Shown: positions 45,225-56,960 of the stretch, one piece after another | Position numbering within the stretch: position 1 is the stretch's first letter | Layout of the letters: every line of letters starts with the position of its first letter | NCBI GenBank assembly: GCA_963771605.1 | Contig: CAVYUA010000003.1 | Location: 326,884-390,883 of the forward strand | Length of the DNA stretch: 64,000 nucleotides | Direction: 5' to 3' | Source of the DNA: Vulcanimicrobiota bacterium | GTDB taxonomy: Bacteria > Vulcanimicrobiota > Vulcanimicrobiia > Vulcanimicrobiales > Vulcanimicrobiaceae | Made by a program: the position numbers and the translations under genes | Notes under the pieces: generated by a model | What the model was told of the DNA's origin: nothing | Database searches by the model: none | What the model saw: only the letters and a program-made list of their open reading frames with translations

Positions 45225-48041
45225 CTAGAGGCTGTAGTGAAAGTTCAGCTGATAGGTCGTCGGGCCGACCATGTTCAGCACGCCGTATCCGACCTTGCCA
45301 TTGATCAACGGATAGGCGATGCCGCCGCCGTCGGGGCCGCCGGGCCATGAGTCCGAGTAGGCCGCCGTGATGTTGTAGGCCGACACTTGCAGCCAAGACT
45401 TTGCACTCAACGGTTGGCGAAAGCTCGCGTTCAGGATCGCAAACGGCGGAGCGTTGTAGGAATTGTTCGGTCCGAGGTACGTTGCGCCGAGGAGAAAGTA
45501 GGCGCCGTTGCCGGCACGATGGTTGACTTCCGCGTAGCCGGTGGAGTACGGGACGCGCGACGGTCCGATGCCGTTGAACGATTGGCCGTCACCCTCAAAG
45601 TTGACGTAGGGCAGAACCGCGAGGTTCGCCGTTAACGGCCCCGCCGCCGTGGCATAAAGTGAGGCCGGCAAATTATAAGCGTACGCGCGTATGAGCGAGC
45701 CTTGCGCCTTGAACCCCCAGCCGAACGTGGGCGAACTCGCGAGGGCGAGCTCGATGCCGGCGTATTCGGAGGTGCCGAGATTCTCGGTCTGGGTCACATA
45801 GAGCGGCAGCGGCGTCTGCGGCAGCACGCTTCCAACGGGCGGCGTGTAGGTGCCCTGGACGGAGGTCGCCTGCAGAAACTGGTTGTGCAGGATCGTCTGG
45901 TAGGCGTCGGCCGAAAGCAGTAGCGTGCGTCCGAACCGGTGGTCGATGCCGAGATCGTAGCCGAACGCGGTCTCCGGCTTCACATCACCACTGTTAGCGG
46001 TCGTCGTGTAATAGAGCGGAACGGCGGTGTTCGGCTGCGGCGGTCCGTTTGAATTCGTGAGCAGGTTGATATACGGCGGTGCGATCGACGAGCCGGCGGA
46101 GACGCGAACCGATGTCGTCGGGTCCGGCCGGTAGCGCAGGGCAAAGCGTGGTCCGTAGAAACTGTGCGCGCTATTCAAAAACGTCAGCCCGCCGTCTTGT
46201 GAATAGTGCGTGAGGTAGTTCACGAAATAGTTGCTGAGGGTCGCGCTCACGGTGGGCGAGATCTGGAACACGCCGCGGGCGAGAATCGTCCGAAACGTCT
46301 CGCCCGAGCCGACCGGCACGATCAGCGTCGCGAGCGCAGCGACGGCCGCATCTTGGTGGGCATCGGAATATGACTGTGTCTGATCGTAGGAGACGGTGTA
46401 GAGGTTGAGCCCGGCCGGCCGGTCGACCTCGAACGAATACCCGGTGAGCTTGTCGTTGTCGAACTCGCGCACGTACTGGTTGAGGAACGTGACGGTTGCC
46501 GGGGTGCCGTTGAAGATCGTCGGCGTCGTCGCCATGCCGAGATCGATGCCGCCGTAAAGCGTTGCGTTGAGACTGACGTTGGCCGGGCCCGAATCGCCCG
46601 GGCCGCCCGTGCTGGTGCGGTCGAGGGCGGAATAGAAGCGGCCCAAGAAGGTGAAGTCGCCGATCGCCGAGCTGAACTCAGCCTCGAGCATGCTGGCGAG
46701 ATTATCGATGCGGTTATTGCCGAAGTTGAAGCCGTTGGGGAAGTAGAAACGGCCGGCCGGCAACGAACCGGTGTACCCGGTGGGCGGCGTGAAGAAGCCG
46801 GCCGGGATCGCAAAGATCTGGGCTCCGCTCTGATCGGCGGTTGACTGTCCGCCGAGGTACGACGCCATAATGCTCGTCGTCGAGGAAAGCTGATAGCGTA
46901 GCTTGGCGAGCTCGTTGTGCGAAAGATACTCATCCGACGCCGTTGCGCAACAGATCATCAACGGAAAGAAGAGGTTCAAGCCGCCCTGATACGGGTTGTT
47001 TGGGCTCGTCGAGTCCAGGCAGCCGACGGCCTTCGGATTTTGACAGGTCGCCTGCCCGTTGATGAGCGGCGAGCCGGCGCGCCCCGACCCCGTGCTCATG
47101 AAGGTATAGTTTTGGAGGCTTCCCGGCGTCCCGTCGACGGCGTAGTCGAGCGCGTAACCCAGACGGCCATGATCGAGCGTGCCGGTGGCGCGATAGTTTG
47201 ACGACTGACCGCCGTAGGCGTCGATCCCGAAATCTACCGATGTGACGGGCTTTTGCGTGGGGGTGAGCGTCCGGTAATTGAGCGTTCCGCCGATCGCGTA
47301 ATTGATGTTGGGAGATGAGGCACCGGGGCCCTTGACGACTTCAACGTCCTCGAGCATGTTCGGATTGATGAAGATCGGATTGAACGTCCCGTTGCGGCCG
47401 ATCGAGATTGGGTGGCCGTCGATTAACGACGCCGTCTCGTACGGCAGCGCGCCGCGCAGCTGAGGATACACGCTCGCCCCCGGCGATGCGCCGTTCGGAA
47501 CGCTCGAATTCGCTACGCCGCCGGAAAACGAATTGGAGATCGTCATCAGCACGCCGGGCGTTTCGCTCAGCACGTGCATGACTTGCTCCTGGCCCTGTTG
47601 GGAGAAGACTTCGCCCGAGACATCGGCGACCGCAGCCGTGGAGGTGTTGATCTGGCTGCGCGCGCCGCTGACGGTGACGCGCCCGATTTCTTTGAGCGAG
47701 GAGAACGACGCAGCGGCCAGAGTGACCGTCACGCTCGTGCTCTGCGCCGCCGTGACGACGACGCTTTCACTCGTCGCGCCGGAGAACCCGGATTTGGATA
47801 CGCTCACCGCATAGACGCCCGCCGGCACCACAACCGTAAACGAACCTTGCGCGTCGGTGACCGCGGTGGCGCGGGCTGGTCCGGCGACGAACACCTGCGC
47901 CGCGCCGAGGGCACCGCCGTTGGCGGCGAGCACCGTTCCCGTAATGGTCCCGGTAGCCGCAGGGCCGGATGGCTGGGCGCCCGCCGGCGACCACGCAAGA
48001 CAAAGAACGAGTAGAAGAAAGCACGCGCGGCGGTGTAACAA
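45225..48041 (-). CDS. TonB-dependent receptor-like outer-membrane protein with an N-terminal carboxypeptidase-regulatory-like domain
   Basis: 938 aa with a signal peptide. CarboxypepD_reg-like GTITGTVL...AQVFV...TDAQGSFTVVVPAGVYAVSVSKSGF, a plug-like region (QVMHVLSETPGVLM), then a long Gly/Tyr/Asn-rich beta-barrel. TTG start. Confidence 0.8.
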   Translation of the reverse strand: MLHRRACFLLLVLCLAWSPAGAQPSGPAATGTITGTVLAANGGALGAAQVFVAGPARATAVTDAQGSFTVVVPAGVYAVSVSKSGFSGATSESVVVTAAQSTSVTVTLAAASFSSLKEIGRVTVSGARSQINTSTAAVADVSGEVFSQQGQEQVMHVLSETPGVLMTISNSFSGGVANSSVPNGASPGASVYPQLRGALPYETASLIDGHPISIGRNGTFNPIFINPNMLEDVEVVKGPGASSPNINYAIGGTLNYRTLTPTQKPVTSVDFGIDAYGGQSSNYRATGTLDHGRLGYALDYAVDGTPGSLQNYTFMSTGSGRAGSPLINGQATCQNPKAVGCLDSTSPNNPYQGGLNLFFPLMICCATASDEYLSHNELAKLRYQLSSTTSIMASYLGGQSTADQSGAQIFAIPAGFFTPPTGYTGSLPAGRFYFPNGFNFGNNRIDNLASMLEAEFSSAIGDFTFLGRFYSALDRTSTGGPGDSGPANVSLNATLYGGIDLGMATTPTIFNGTPATVTFLNQYVREFDNDKLTGYSFEVDRPAGLNLYTVSYDQTQSYSDAHQDAAVAALATLIVPVGSGETFRTILARGVFQISPTVSATLSNYFVNYLTHYSQDGGLTFLNSAHSFYGPRFALRYRPDPTTSVRVSAGSSIAPPYINLLTNSNGPPQPNTAVPLYYTTTANSGDVKPETAFGYDLGIDHRFGRTLLLSADAYQTILHNQFLQATSVQGTYTPPVGSVLPQTPLPLYVTQTENLGTSEYAGIELALASSPTFGWGFKAQGSLIRAYAYNLPASLYATAAGPLTANLAVLPYVNFEGDGQSFNGIGPSRVPYSTGYAEVNHRAGNGAYFLLGATYLGPNNSYNAPPFAILNASFRQPLSAKSWLQVSAYNITAAYSDSWPGGPDGGGIAYPLINGKVGYGVLNMVGPTTYQLNFHYSL

Positions 48042-48082
48042 GAACCTAACCCTTCGCTTGTCCCCGGATTATATCGTCTTAT

Positions 48083-48090
48083 GTAATTAC
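48083..48090. promoter_or_regulatory. GTAATTAC palindrome in the divergent TonB-receptor / marR intergenic region
   Basis: The minus strand reads ...TGTTGTAATTACATAAGACGATATAATCC, with a TATAAT 9 nt downstream of the palindrome. On the plus strand, TTGCGA (48148-48153), an 18-nt spacer and TAGAAT (48172-48177) lie 8 nt before the marR ATG. Confidence 0.5.
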
Positions 48091-48185
48091 AACATATATA
48101 ATTTGATGTCAAGTAATATTTGTGACGGTGGTATTATGGAAAGATTCTTGCGATTAGACCACCAAATGCGGTAGAATGGACCACG

Positions 48186-48695
48186 ATGGGCGACAAAATG
48201 GACCGGATTCTTAGCGACGCGGGACTTCCTCAGGCTGACGAATCCACAACGGAGGCGGTCAGTCGCCTCTTTCAGGTGACCAATCATATCGAGCGATTGC
48301 TCGGCTTGAGGTATGCGGAAGTGGGCTTGGATCGCGCGCAGGTCGACGTGCTCGCCGTTTTGCAGCGCAGCGAGGAGCCGTTGACCCCGACCCAGGTGGC
48401 ATCGCGGCTTTTGTGTTCCTCCGGCGCGATGACCAATCGCCTCGACCGGCTGGAGACGGCCGGCTACATTCGACGCCTGCGCACCAGCGATGACCGGCGC
48501 ACGATCCAGTTACTGCTCACCCAAGAGGGACGAGCAGCGGTCACCCGCGCTAACGCGTCGCGAGAGGCTGCCGGGCCCGAGCTGCTCCCAACGCTCGACG
48601 CGCAAGATCGCCGTCAACTCGTCGGTTTGCTGAGAAAGATGCTGATTGGGTTCGAGGCGGATTCCACCGCTCTCGTCGCGAGTCAGTCGGGGTAG
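48186..48695 (+). CDS. MarR-family transcriptional regulator
   Basis: 169 aa with a winged HTH: LTPTQVASRLLCSSGAMTNRLDRLETAGYIRRLRTSDDRRTIQLLLTQEG. Confidence 0.85.
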   Translation: MGDKMDRILSDAGLPQADESTTEAVSRLFQVTNHIERLLGLRYAEVGLDRAQVDVLAVLQRSEEPLTPTQVASRLLCSSGAMTNRLDRLETAGYIRRLRTSDDRRTIQLLLTQEGRAAVTRANASREAAGPELLPTLDAQDRRQLVGLLRKMLIGFEADSTALVASQSG

Positions 48696-49561
48696 CGCCG
48701 CCGCATTTCGGCCCACTCGCTGTCGAACCGGAAGGCTTGCCGCGCCGGCGGTAACGGCGTCTGCGTCTCGAGAAATTTCACCGCCGCTCCGCCGCGCGAG
48801 TAGATCGCGTGCTTGGCGCCGACGCCGGTCCAGCAGCACGTCAACGGCTCGACCACGTAGGCTTGCCCCTCGAACTCGCAATCGCCCTGACCTTCGAGGA
48901 AGAAGTACGACTCTTCGAACGGATGCGTGTGGTGCGAGCCGCCGCCGCCGGGCGCGAACTCGACCATGAACATCGCGATGTGCGCCGCGCCGAAGGTGCG
49001 GTCGATCATGAACTTCTGCCGGATCCCCTGCGCGCCGCTGCCGCTGTAGCCGTCCATCTGCAAGTTTCCGGGCGGCGGCAGCTGCGCGTCGTCGTAGTGC
49101 CCGACGTAGCGCGTGCGCGCGTCGGCCGCATCGAAGCGCTCGACCTGGGCCGGCCACGCCGCGGCGCCGACGAAGAACGTATCGCCGCCGACGCTCTTGG
49201 CGAGCGGCTGCGGCGCGATCATCTCGAGCCAGCGCGCACCGTTGCCGCTACTCGAACGCAATGCATGCGCGCTGCCGGCCAGCACCAGCGCGTAATCGCC
49301 GCGCACGAGACGGTAGGCCCGTGCATCGAGCATGAGGTCCAACTCGCCGTCGAGCACGAACAGGCTCTTCTCATACGCGATGACGTTCGTTTCGAGCGAT
49401 CCGCCCGGTTCGAGCTGCACGATCTGGTGCGCCATGTGCACGGCCGCGGGCGCCGTCGTGTGATCCACCATCACCGCGCGCCGGTAGCCGCGGGCGTGCC
49501 GGTCGTAGCCCGCCGGCACGCCGAGGTTCCGCTCCTCGAACCGGACGACGGAGTGCTTCAC
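48683..49561 (-). CDS. Bicupin protein (function unknown)
   Basis: Two cupin barrels (LETNVIAYEKSLFVLDGELDL...ALVLAGSAHAL and GGGSHHTHPFEESYFFLEGQG). Start tentatively at GTG 49561, 5 nt after the upstream stop. The ORF-track 5' extension overlaps the neighbouring gene. Confidence 0.6.
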   Translation of the reverse strand: MKHSVVRFEERNLGVPAGYDRHARGYRRAVMVDHTTAPAAVHMAHQIVQLEPGGSLETNVIAYEKSLFVLDGELDLMLDARAYRLVRGDYALVLAGSAHALRSSSGNGARWLEMIAPQPLAKSVGGDTFFVGAAAWPAQVERFDAADARTRYVGHYDDAQLPPPGNLQMDGYSGSGAQGIRQKFMIDRTFGAAHIAMFMVEFAPGGGGSHHTHPFEESYFFLEGQGDCEFEGQAYVVEPLTCCWTGVGAKHAIYSRGGAAVKFLETQTPLPPARQAFRFDSEWAEMRRRYPD

Positions 49562-49565
49562 GCGC

Positions 49566-50516
49566 TTAGAACGTCTGCCCCGGGCGCACGAGCGCGTTTT
49601 CGGTGAGGCCGTCGATGGCCGCCATGCCCATCGTGATGCGCGCTTCGTCGGTGGCGGCGCCGATGTGCGGTGCGGCAAGCATGTTCGGCAGGTTGATCAG
49701 TTTGTCGTTGGTCGCCGGTTCGATGTCGAAGACATCGAACGACGCCGCCGCGATCTTGTTCGTGCGCAAGCGCTCGTAGAGCGCTTCCTCGTCGACGATG
49801 CCGCCGCGGCACAGGTTGATCAGCACCGCGTCGGGCCGCATGCGCGCCAGTACGGCGTCGCTGTAGAGGCCGATCGTCGCGGCCGTTTTCGGAACGTGCA
49901 GGCTCAGCACTTCGGAGCGCTCGACGAGTTCGTCGAACGAGACGGCCCGGATGCCGTACTCGCGATAGAACGCGCTGTAATCCGCGATGTCGTTGACGAT
50001 GATCTCGCAGTTGAACGGTTTGAGCAGCCGCACGACTTCCTTACCGACGTTCCCGCAGCCGTGGATGCCGACGATGCGTCCGGTGAGGCCCTTGCCCAGC
50101 CGCATGCGCGGGCGCTCGGCGTTGCGCATCGCGATGTTGAGCGGCATCACCCAGCGCAAGGCGGCGATCATAAAGCACAGCGTGAGCTCGGCGACCGCGA
50201 GGCGGTTGGTGCCGGGCGTGTAGCCGAAGCGGACTTGGTGCTTGCGCAGCGCGTCGAAATCGAGCGTGTCGCAGCCGATCCCCATCTTGCCGATGATCTT
50301 CAGGTTGGGCAGCGCGGCGAGCACTTTTTCGGTGATCGGCTCCATCCCGACGATCGCCGCATCGCGGTCGGCCAGCAGCTCGATCACGTCGTCTTCGGTC
50401 GGACGCTGCGGGACATCGCGGAATTTGGAATCGGGATAGCGCTCGAGTAAGGTTTTTCGCAGCACCGGATGACCCGAGAAGAGGCTGTTGGTCACACCGA
50501 TCTTGGTAGGCGTCAT
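49566..50516 (-). CDS. D-isomer-specific 2-hydroxyacid dehydrogenase family protein (NAD-binding)
   Basis: 316 aa. Nucleotide-binding GIHGCGNVGKEV and catalytic His context LAAPHIGAAT. Confidence 0.85.
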   Translation of the reverse strand: MTPTKIGVTNSLFSGHPVLRKTLLERYPDSKFRDVPQRPTEDDVIELLADRDAAIVGMEPITEKVLAALPNLKIIGKMGIGCDTLDFDALRKHQVRFGYTPGTNRLAVAELTLCFMIAALRWVMPLNIAMRNAERPRMRLGKGLTGRIVGIHGCGNVGKEVVRLLKPFNCEIIVNDIADYSAFYREYGIRAVSFDELVERSEVLSLHVPKTAATIGLYSDAVLARMRPDAVLINLCRGGIVDEEALYERLRTNKIAAASFDVFDIEPATNDKLINLPNMLAAPHIGAATDEARITMGMAAIDGLTENALVRPGQTF

Positions 50517-50532
50517 GCTCGGTCCCTCAAAA

Positions 50533-51624
50533 CTACGGTTGGGTCTCGTCGTCTTCGTCGAGTAACGGGAACGCGGTCAAGCTGCCGGCGCGGTTCTCGT
50601 CGCGCGCGACGTAGCTTTCATCGATCTGGCCGAGCGAGGTCACGCCGATCAAGGCCATCGTCGCCTCGATCTCGACGCGAATCAGCTCGAGCATGCGCGC
50701 CAGGGCCGGCACGCCGCCCGCCCCCAGCGCCCAGGCGTGCATCTTCCCGCCGGCGACGGCGTCGGCGCCGAGCGCGATCGCTTTGATGATGTCGGTGCCG
50801 CGCATGAAGCCGCCGTCGACGATCACCGGGACGCGGCGGCCGACGGCCTGCACGATTTCGGGCAAGATATCCATCGTGGCGCGCGCGTGGTCGAGCTGGC
50901 GCCCGCCGTGGTTGGAGACCCATATTGCATCGACGCCGTGCTCGAGCGCGATCAGCGCGTCGGCGGCCGTCTGAATGCCCTTGACGATCACCGGCATCCC
51001 GGCGACGGCGCGAATTTGATCGAGCGTCTTCCAGTTGAGGCGCGCTTGAAATTCCGGCCCGCCCGGCGCCTTACGGCCGTCGGGGATCCAGCTATGGCGC
51101 TGCTGCCGTTCACGGTTGCTGTAATGCGCGACGTCGACCGTGATCACGAGCGCCCGGTAGCCCGCGTTGCGCGCGCGACCGACGATCTCCGCGATCCAGT
51201 CGATGTCGCCGCGCACGTAGAGCTGGAACCACTTGTCGCCGGCGGCGGCCGCGGCCGCCTCTTCGAGGCTCGGCTGCGTGACCGAGCTGACGACGGGCAG
51301 CGTGCCGAACTCGCACGCGCCCTGCACTTGCGCCGCCGACCCGCCGGGAAAGATGTCTTGCAGCGAACCGACCGGCGCCAGCACGTAGGGGATGCGCAGC
51401 TTGGTACCGAGCAGCGAGGTCGACGTGTCGACGTGTTCCACATCGACCAGCACGCGCGCGCAGAGGGCCAAGCGTTCGATCGCGATGCGGTTGCGGCGCA
51501 TCGTCGTCTCGGTTTCGGAGCCGCCGACGATGTAGTCCCAGGCGTAGGGCGCGAGCTGCGCGCGCGCCGCACGCACGATTTGGGTCGTCGAGCGGAACGC
51601 CTTCTCGGCCACAGTCGGGCGCAT
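50533..51624 (-). CDS. FMN-dependent alpha-hydroxy acid dehydrogenase/oxidase (LldD / glycolate oxidase family)
   Basis: 363 aa from MRPTVAEKAF. Motifs WFQLY, ALVITVD, VSNHGGRQLD and VIVDGGFMRGTD. Its ATG overlaps the atpC stop by 1 nt (TGATG). Confidence 0.85.
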   Translation of the reverse strand: MRPTVAEKAFRSTTQIVRAARAQLAPYAWDYIVGGSETETTMRRNRIAIERLALCARVLVDVEHVDTSTSLLGTKLRIPYVLAPVGSLQDIFPGGSAAQVQGACEFGTLPVVSSVTQPSLEEAAAAAAGDKWFQLYVRGDIDWIAEIVGRARNAGYRALVITVDVAHYSNRERQQRHSWIPDGRKAPGGPEFQARLNWKTLDQIRAVAGMPVIVKGIQTAADALIALEHGVDAIWVSNHGGRQLDHARATMDILPEIVQAVGRRVPVIVDGGFMRGTDIIKAIALGADAVAGGKMHAWALGAGGVPALARMLELIRVEIEATMALIGVTSLGQIDESYVARDENRAGSLTAFPLLDEDDETQP

Positions 51625-52046
51625 CAGCCCGTGACGCCGACGACCTTGAGCTTCGCGGTCGCGAAATCGATCTTGGATTGCGCGCGCAGCCAGGCGGCGA
51701 GATCGCTGCCGGCTTCCTGCTGTTCGGCGCGCGCTGCGGCGAGCTCGTCGCGGCTCGCCCCGACGTCGACCTCGTCCGCGGCGTAGGCGGCGTCGGTCAG
51801 CACCGTGATCTTGTCGGGCAGCGCTTGCAAGAAGCCCTCGCCGCAAGCCAACTCGATGCGCATCGTGCCCGAGCCGTCACTCACGTTGGCGCGCAGCACG
51901 CCCGGGCGCAGCGCGGTCAGAAACGGCGCGTGCTGCGGCAGAATACCCACTTCGCCTTCGGTGCCCACGGCAATCACCAGTTCCGCGTCGCCTTCGAACA
52001 CGACGGCGCGCGGGGTGATGAGCGTGAACGCGACCGAGCTTGGCAT
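51624..52046 (-). CDS. atpC: F1 ATP synthase subunit epsilon
   Basis: 140 aa. LITPRAVVFEGDAELVIAVGTEGEVGILPQHAPFLTAL is the typical epsilon N-domain. Position is after atpD. Confidence 0.92.
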   Translation of the reverse strand: MPSSVAFTLITPRAVVFEGDAELVIAVGTEGEVGILPQHAPFLTALRPGVLRANVSDGSGTMRIELACGEGFLQALPDKITVLTDAAYAADEVDVGASRDELAAARAEQQEAGSDLAAWLRAQSKIDFATAKLKVVGVTG

Positions 52047-53561
<1,515 letters not shown>

Positions 53562-54422
53562 TTAGCCGGCGAGCGCTTCGGCGCCGCCGACGATCTCGAG
53601 GATTTCCTTGGTGATCGAGGCCTGACGGGCATTGTTCATCTGCACGGTCAGGAGGTCGATCAGTTTCTTGGCGTTGTCACTGGCATTGCTCATCGCCACG
53701 AGCTGGGCGGCGTAGAACGACGCGTCGGTCTCGAGCATCGCGGCGTAGATCGTGAACTCGAGGTACTTGGGCAGAATGCGCGAGAGCACGGCTTCGGGCG
53801 AGGGCTCGAACTCGACCGCGTTGCGCGGGCCTTCCGGGCGCGGCGCCGTTTCGGTGGCCACGACCGGCAGCAGCTGCCGCGTCTCGGGGCGCTGCGACAT
53901 CATGTTGATCAGTTTGGGCGAGACCAGCATCACCGAGCCGATGCGGCCGTTGACGAAGTCGTCGCTCACCTGCGCTGCGACCTCACGCGCCGCGGCCAGC
54001 TTGTCCGCGCTCTGCAGCGGCCACACCGCCACGGCCTCGCCGCCCAGCCGGCGGATGGCGTTGCGCGCCTTATTGCCGACCGGGTACCAGCGGCGGCCGG
54101 CGTCGTCGCGATGCATCAGCTCGCCGACGCGAATCAGGTTGGCGTTGAACGAGCCCGCCAGGCCCTTGTCGGCCGTCATCAAGATCACGCCGACCGGCGC
54201 GCCGGCCGTGCCGGGTTTCATGTAGGGATGATCGACCGTGCCGACGGCCGCCAGCAGATCTTGCAGCATTTGGCCGAGCGCATCGGCATAGGGGCGCGAT
54301 TGCTTGCGCAGCGCCTCGGCACGGCGAATTTTCGCCGCCGCGACCTGCTTCATGGCCTTGGTGATCTGCTGGGTGTTCTTCATCGACCGAATCCGGTCGC
54401 GAAGATCGCGAACGCTCGGCAT
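53562..54422 (-). CDS. atpG: F1 ATP synthase subunit gamma
   Basis: 286 aa. N-terminus [31 protein letters not shown] and C-terminus ARQASITKEILEIVGGAEA. Confidence 0.95.
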   Translation of the reverse strand: MPSVRDLRDRIRSMKNTQQITKAMKQVAAAKIRRAEALRKQSRPYADALGQMLQDLLAAVGTVDHPYMKPGTAGAPVGVILMTADKGLAGSFNANLIRVGELMHRDDAGRRWYPVGNKARNAIRRLGGEAVAVWPLQSADKLAAAREVAAQVSDDFVNGRIGSVMLVSPKLINMMSQRPETRQLLPVVATETAPRPEGPRNAVEFEPSPEAVLSRILPKYLEFTIYAAMLETDASFYAAQLVAMSNASDNAKKLIDLLTVQMNNARQASITKEILEIVGGAEALAG

Positions 54423-55921
54423 TAGAAGCTCTTGTTGAACTCCTCGATCGCCGCGACCAGCGCCTTGGTGTTGTCGTCGCTCAACTGCGAGGTCGTCTTG
54501 ATGCTCTCGAGGATCTCGGGGTGCTTCTCGCGCAGCGCGTGCACGAACGAGGCTTCCCAGTCGGCGATCTTGTTGGTCGGGATATCATCGAGGTAACCGC
54601 GCGTCGCCGCGAAGATCACCGCGACTTGTTCTTCGACCAGCTGCGGGTGGAACTGCGGCTGCTTGAGCACCTCGGTGATCTTCTCACCGCGCGTCAGCTG
54701 TTGCTGCGTGTTCTTGTCGAGGTCGCTGGCGAGCTTGGCGAACGCGGCGAGCTCGCGGAACTGCGCGAGGTCGAGCTTGAGCGGACCCGCGACCGTGCGC
54801 ATCGCCTTGATCTGCGCCGAACCGCCGACGCGCGAAACGGAGATGCCGACGTCGACGGCCGGACGGATGCCCTGGAAGAACAGCGCGCTCTGCAGGTAGA
54901 TCTGGCCGTCGGTGATCGAGATCAGGTTCGTCGGAATATAGGCCGACACGTCGCCGGCCTGCGTCTCGATGACCGGCAGCGCGGTGAGCGATCCGCCGCC
55001 GAGCTCATCGGAGAGCTTGGCCGCGCGTTCCAACAGGCGCGAGTGCAGAAAGAAGATGTCGCCGGGATAGGCTTCGCGGCCCGGCGGACGGCGCAGCAAG
55101 AGCGAGACTTCGCGGTAGGCTTGCGCGTGCTGGGTGAGGTTATCGTAAATGATCAGGACGTCTTTGCCCGCGTACATCAGCTCCTCGCCCATCGCGCAGC
55201 CGGCGAACGGAGCGATCCACTTGAGCGCGGCCGGCTCGGCCGGCGAGACGGTGACGATGGTGGTGTACTCCATCGCGCCGTTCTGCTCGAGCGTTTGCGC
55301 GAGCGCGGCGACGGTCGAGTTCTTCTGCCCGATCGCAACGTAGATGCAGAAGACGTTCTTGCCTTTTTGGTTGATGATCGTGTCGACGGCGATCGCGGTC
55401 TTGCCGGTGCCGCGGTCGCCGATGATCAGCTCGCGCTGGCCCTTGCCGATCGGGATCAGCGCGTCGATCGCGCGAATGCCGGTCTGCAGCGGCTGCTTGA
55501 CGCCTTGGCGCTCGATGACGCCCGGCGCGCGGTTCTCGATCGTGCGCCACTTCTTCGTTTCGATCGGGCCCTTGCCGTCGACCGGTGCGCCCAGCGGGTT
55601 GACGACGCGGCCGAGCAGCGCCTGACCGACCGGAACCGAGACGATGCGCCCGGTGCGGCGAACCTGATCGCCTTCCTTGATGCCGGTATCCGAGCCCATG
55701 ATGGCAACGCCGACGTTGTCCTCTTCGAGGTTGAGGACCACGCCTTCCACGCCGTTGGGGAACTGGACGAGCTCCGATGCTTGCGCAGCATCCAAGCCGT
55801 AGATGCGCGCGATGTTGTCGCCGACTTCGATGACGGTGCCGACTTCGGTTTCGTTGGCACCGGTCTTGAAGGTCGCGATGCGCTGCTTGATGATGCCGGC
55901 GATCTCGTCTGCGTTGATCAT
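54422..55921 (-). CDS. atpA: F1 ATP synthase subunit alpha
   Basis: 499 aa. Walker [10 protein letters not shown] and conserved alpha blocks ([19 protein letters not shown]). Confidence 0.98.
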   Translation of the reverse strand: MINADEIAGIIKQRIATFKTGANETEVGTVIEVGDNIARIYGLDAAQASELVQFPNGVEGVVLNLEEDNVGVAIMGSDTGIKEGDQVRRTGRIVSVPVGQALLGRVVNPLGAPVDGKGPIETKKWRTIENRAPGVIERQGVKQPLQTGIRAIDALIPIGKGQRELIIGDRGTGKTAIAVDTIINQKGKNVFCIYVAIGQKNSTVAALAQTLEQNGAMEYTTIVTVSPAEPAALKWIAPFAGCAMGEELMYAGKDVLIIYDNLTQHAQAYREVSLLLRRPPGREAYPGDIFFLHSRLLERAAKLSDELGGGSLTALPVIETQAGDVSAYIPTNLISITDGQIYLQSALFFQGIRPAVDVGISVSRVGGSAQIKAMRTVAGPLKLDLAQFRELAAFAKLASDLDKNTQQQLTRGEKITEVLKQPQFHPQLVEEQVAVIFAATRGYLDDIPTNKIADWEASFVHALREKHPEILESIKTTSQLSDDNTKALVAAIEEFNKSF

Positions 55922-55932
55922 GGTCTCTTTCT

Positions 55933-56469
55933 CTAGTTCGTACTGAGCATGCGGGCGAGGTCGTCGAGCCGCCCGGCGATGGTGCCGTCGATGCGTTTGT
56001 CGCCCATCGTGATGCGGATGCCGCCGATCAAGCCCGGATCGACGCTCTGGGACACGTCGAACGGCGTCTTGAAGGCCGCGCTGAGTTTAGCCACCAGCGC
56101 GTCGAGGTCGTCTTTCGAAAGCGGGCGGGCACTCGTGACCTTGAGCGTCTGCGCGCCGCGCGCCTGACGCTCGAGGATATCGAACTGCGCCACGATTTCG
56201 GGGGCCAGCGCTTCGCGCCGCTTGCGGATCAGCAACAGGATCGTGTGCAGCGCGACCTCATGCAAGCCCGCGAACGCGGACGCGATGACGTCCGACTTCT
56301 GCGCCCGGTCCACCACCGGTGAACAGAAAAAGCGATTCACGTCGGGGTCGGCGCCGAGGGCGTCGACGAAGGCGTGCAGGTCGGCCCCGATGCGCGGCAC
56401 CTCGCCGGCCTCGGTCGCAAGTTGAAAGATCGCCGTGGCGTAGCGGCGGGCCAGCGTTTCGTCCGGCAT
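55933..56469 (-). CDS. atpH: F1 ATP synthase subunit delta (OSCP)
   Basis: 178 aa. [12 protein letters not shown]-terminus, C-terminal [20 protein letters not shown], and operon position. Confidence 0.9.
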   Translation of the reverse strand: MPDETLARRYATAIFQLATEAGEVPRIGADLHAFVDALGADPDVNRFFCSPVVDRAQKSDVIASAFAGLHEVALHTILLLIRKRREALAPEIVAQFDILERQARGAQTLKVTSARPLSKDDLDALVAKLSAAFKTPFDVSQSVDPGLIGGIRITMGDKRIDGTIAGRLDDLARMLSTN

Positions 56470-56960
56470 CAGACGCCCGTTCCGACGGTCAAATCGTCGA
56501 CCGTTTTGGCGACGAGCCGCGTGTCGGCGGCCTCGCTCAACTGCTCCGTCGCCAGCTCGCGGGCGCGGTTGAGGGCCTTCTCGATGAATTCGATGCGCAG
56601 CTTGTCGCGTCCGGCGATGCGCCCGCGGTCGAGTTCACCGCGCGCGTTGTGGACCAGCCGGAGGCCTTCGCGGCGCGCGCCGGCGATGATCATCTCGTGC
56701 TCGTGGCGCGCGTCGGTTTCGGCACGGGCCAGAATCGCGAGCGCGTCACGGTCGGCCGACTCCACCTCAGCGCGAGCTTCCGCAACTTCGTCGCGCAGCT
56801 GCTCGCGCCGGTGTTCGGTGTTGACCAGGTCGGAATTGCGCGAGATCTCGCCCGCGCGCACGGCCGGCAGCACGAACCGCCGGAAGAGCCAGATCGCGAC
56901 GATCAGAAACGCGAAGCCGCCGATGATCTCGCTGTACTGCGCAATGCTCTCGTAGCTCAT
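56469..56960 (-). CDS. atpF: Fo ATP synthase subunit b
   Basis: 163 aa with a single N-terminal TM followed by a long charged helix. Operon position supports the call. It has 1-nt and 4-nt overlaps with its neighbours. Confidence 0.85.
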   Translation of the reverse strand: MSYESIAQYSEIIGGFAFLIVAIWLFRRFVLPAVRAGEISRNSDLVNTEHRREQLRDEVAEARAEVESADRDALAILARAETDARHEHEMIIAGARREGLRLVHNARGELDRGRIAGRDKLRIEFIEKALNRARELATEQLSEAADTRLVAKTVDDLTVGTGV

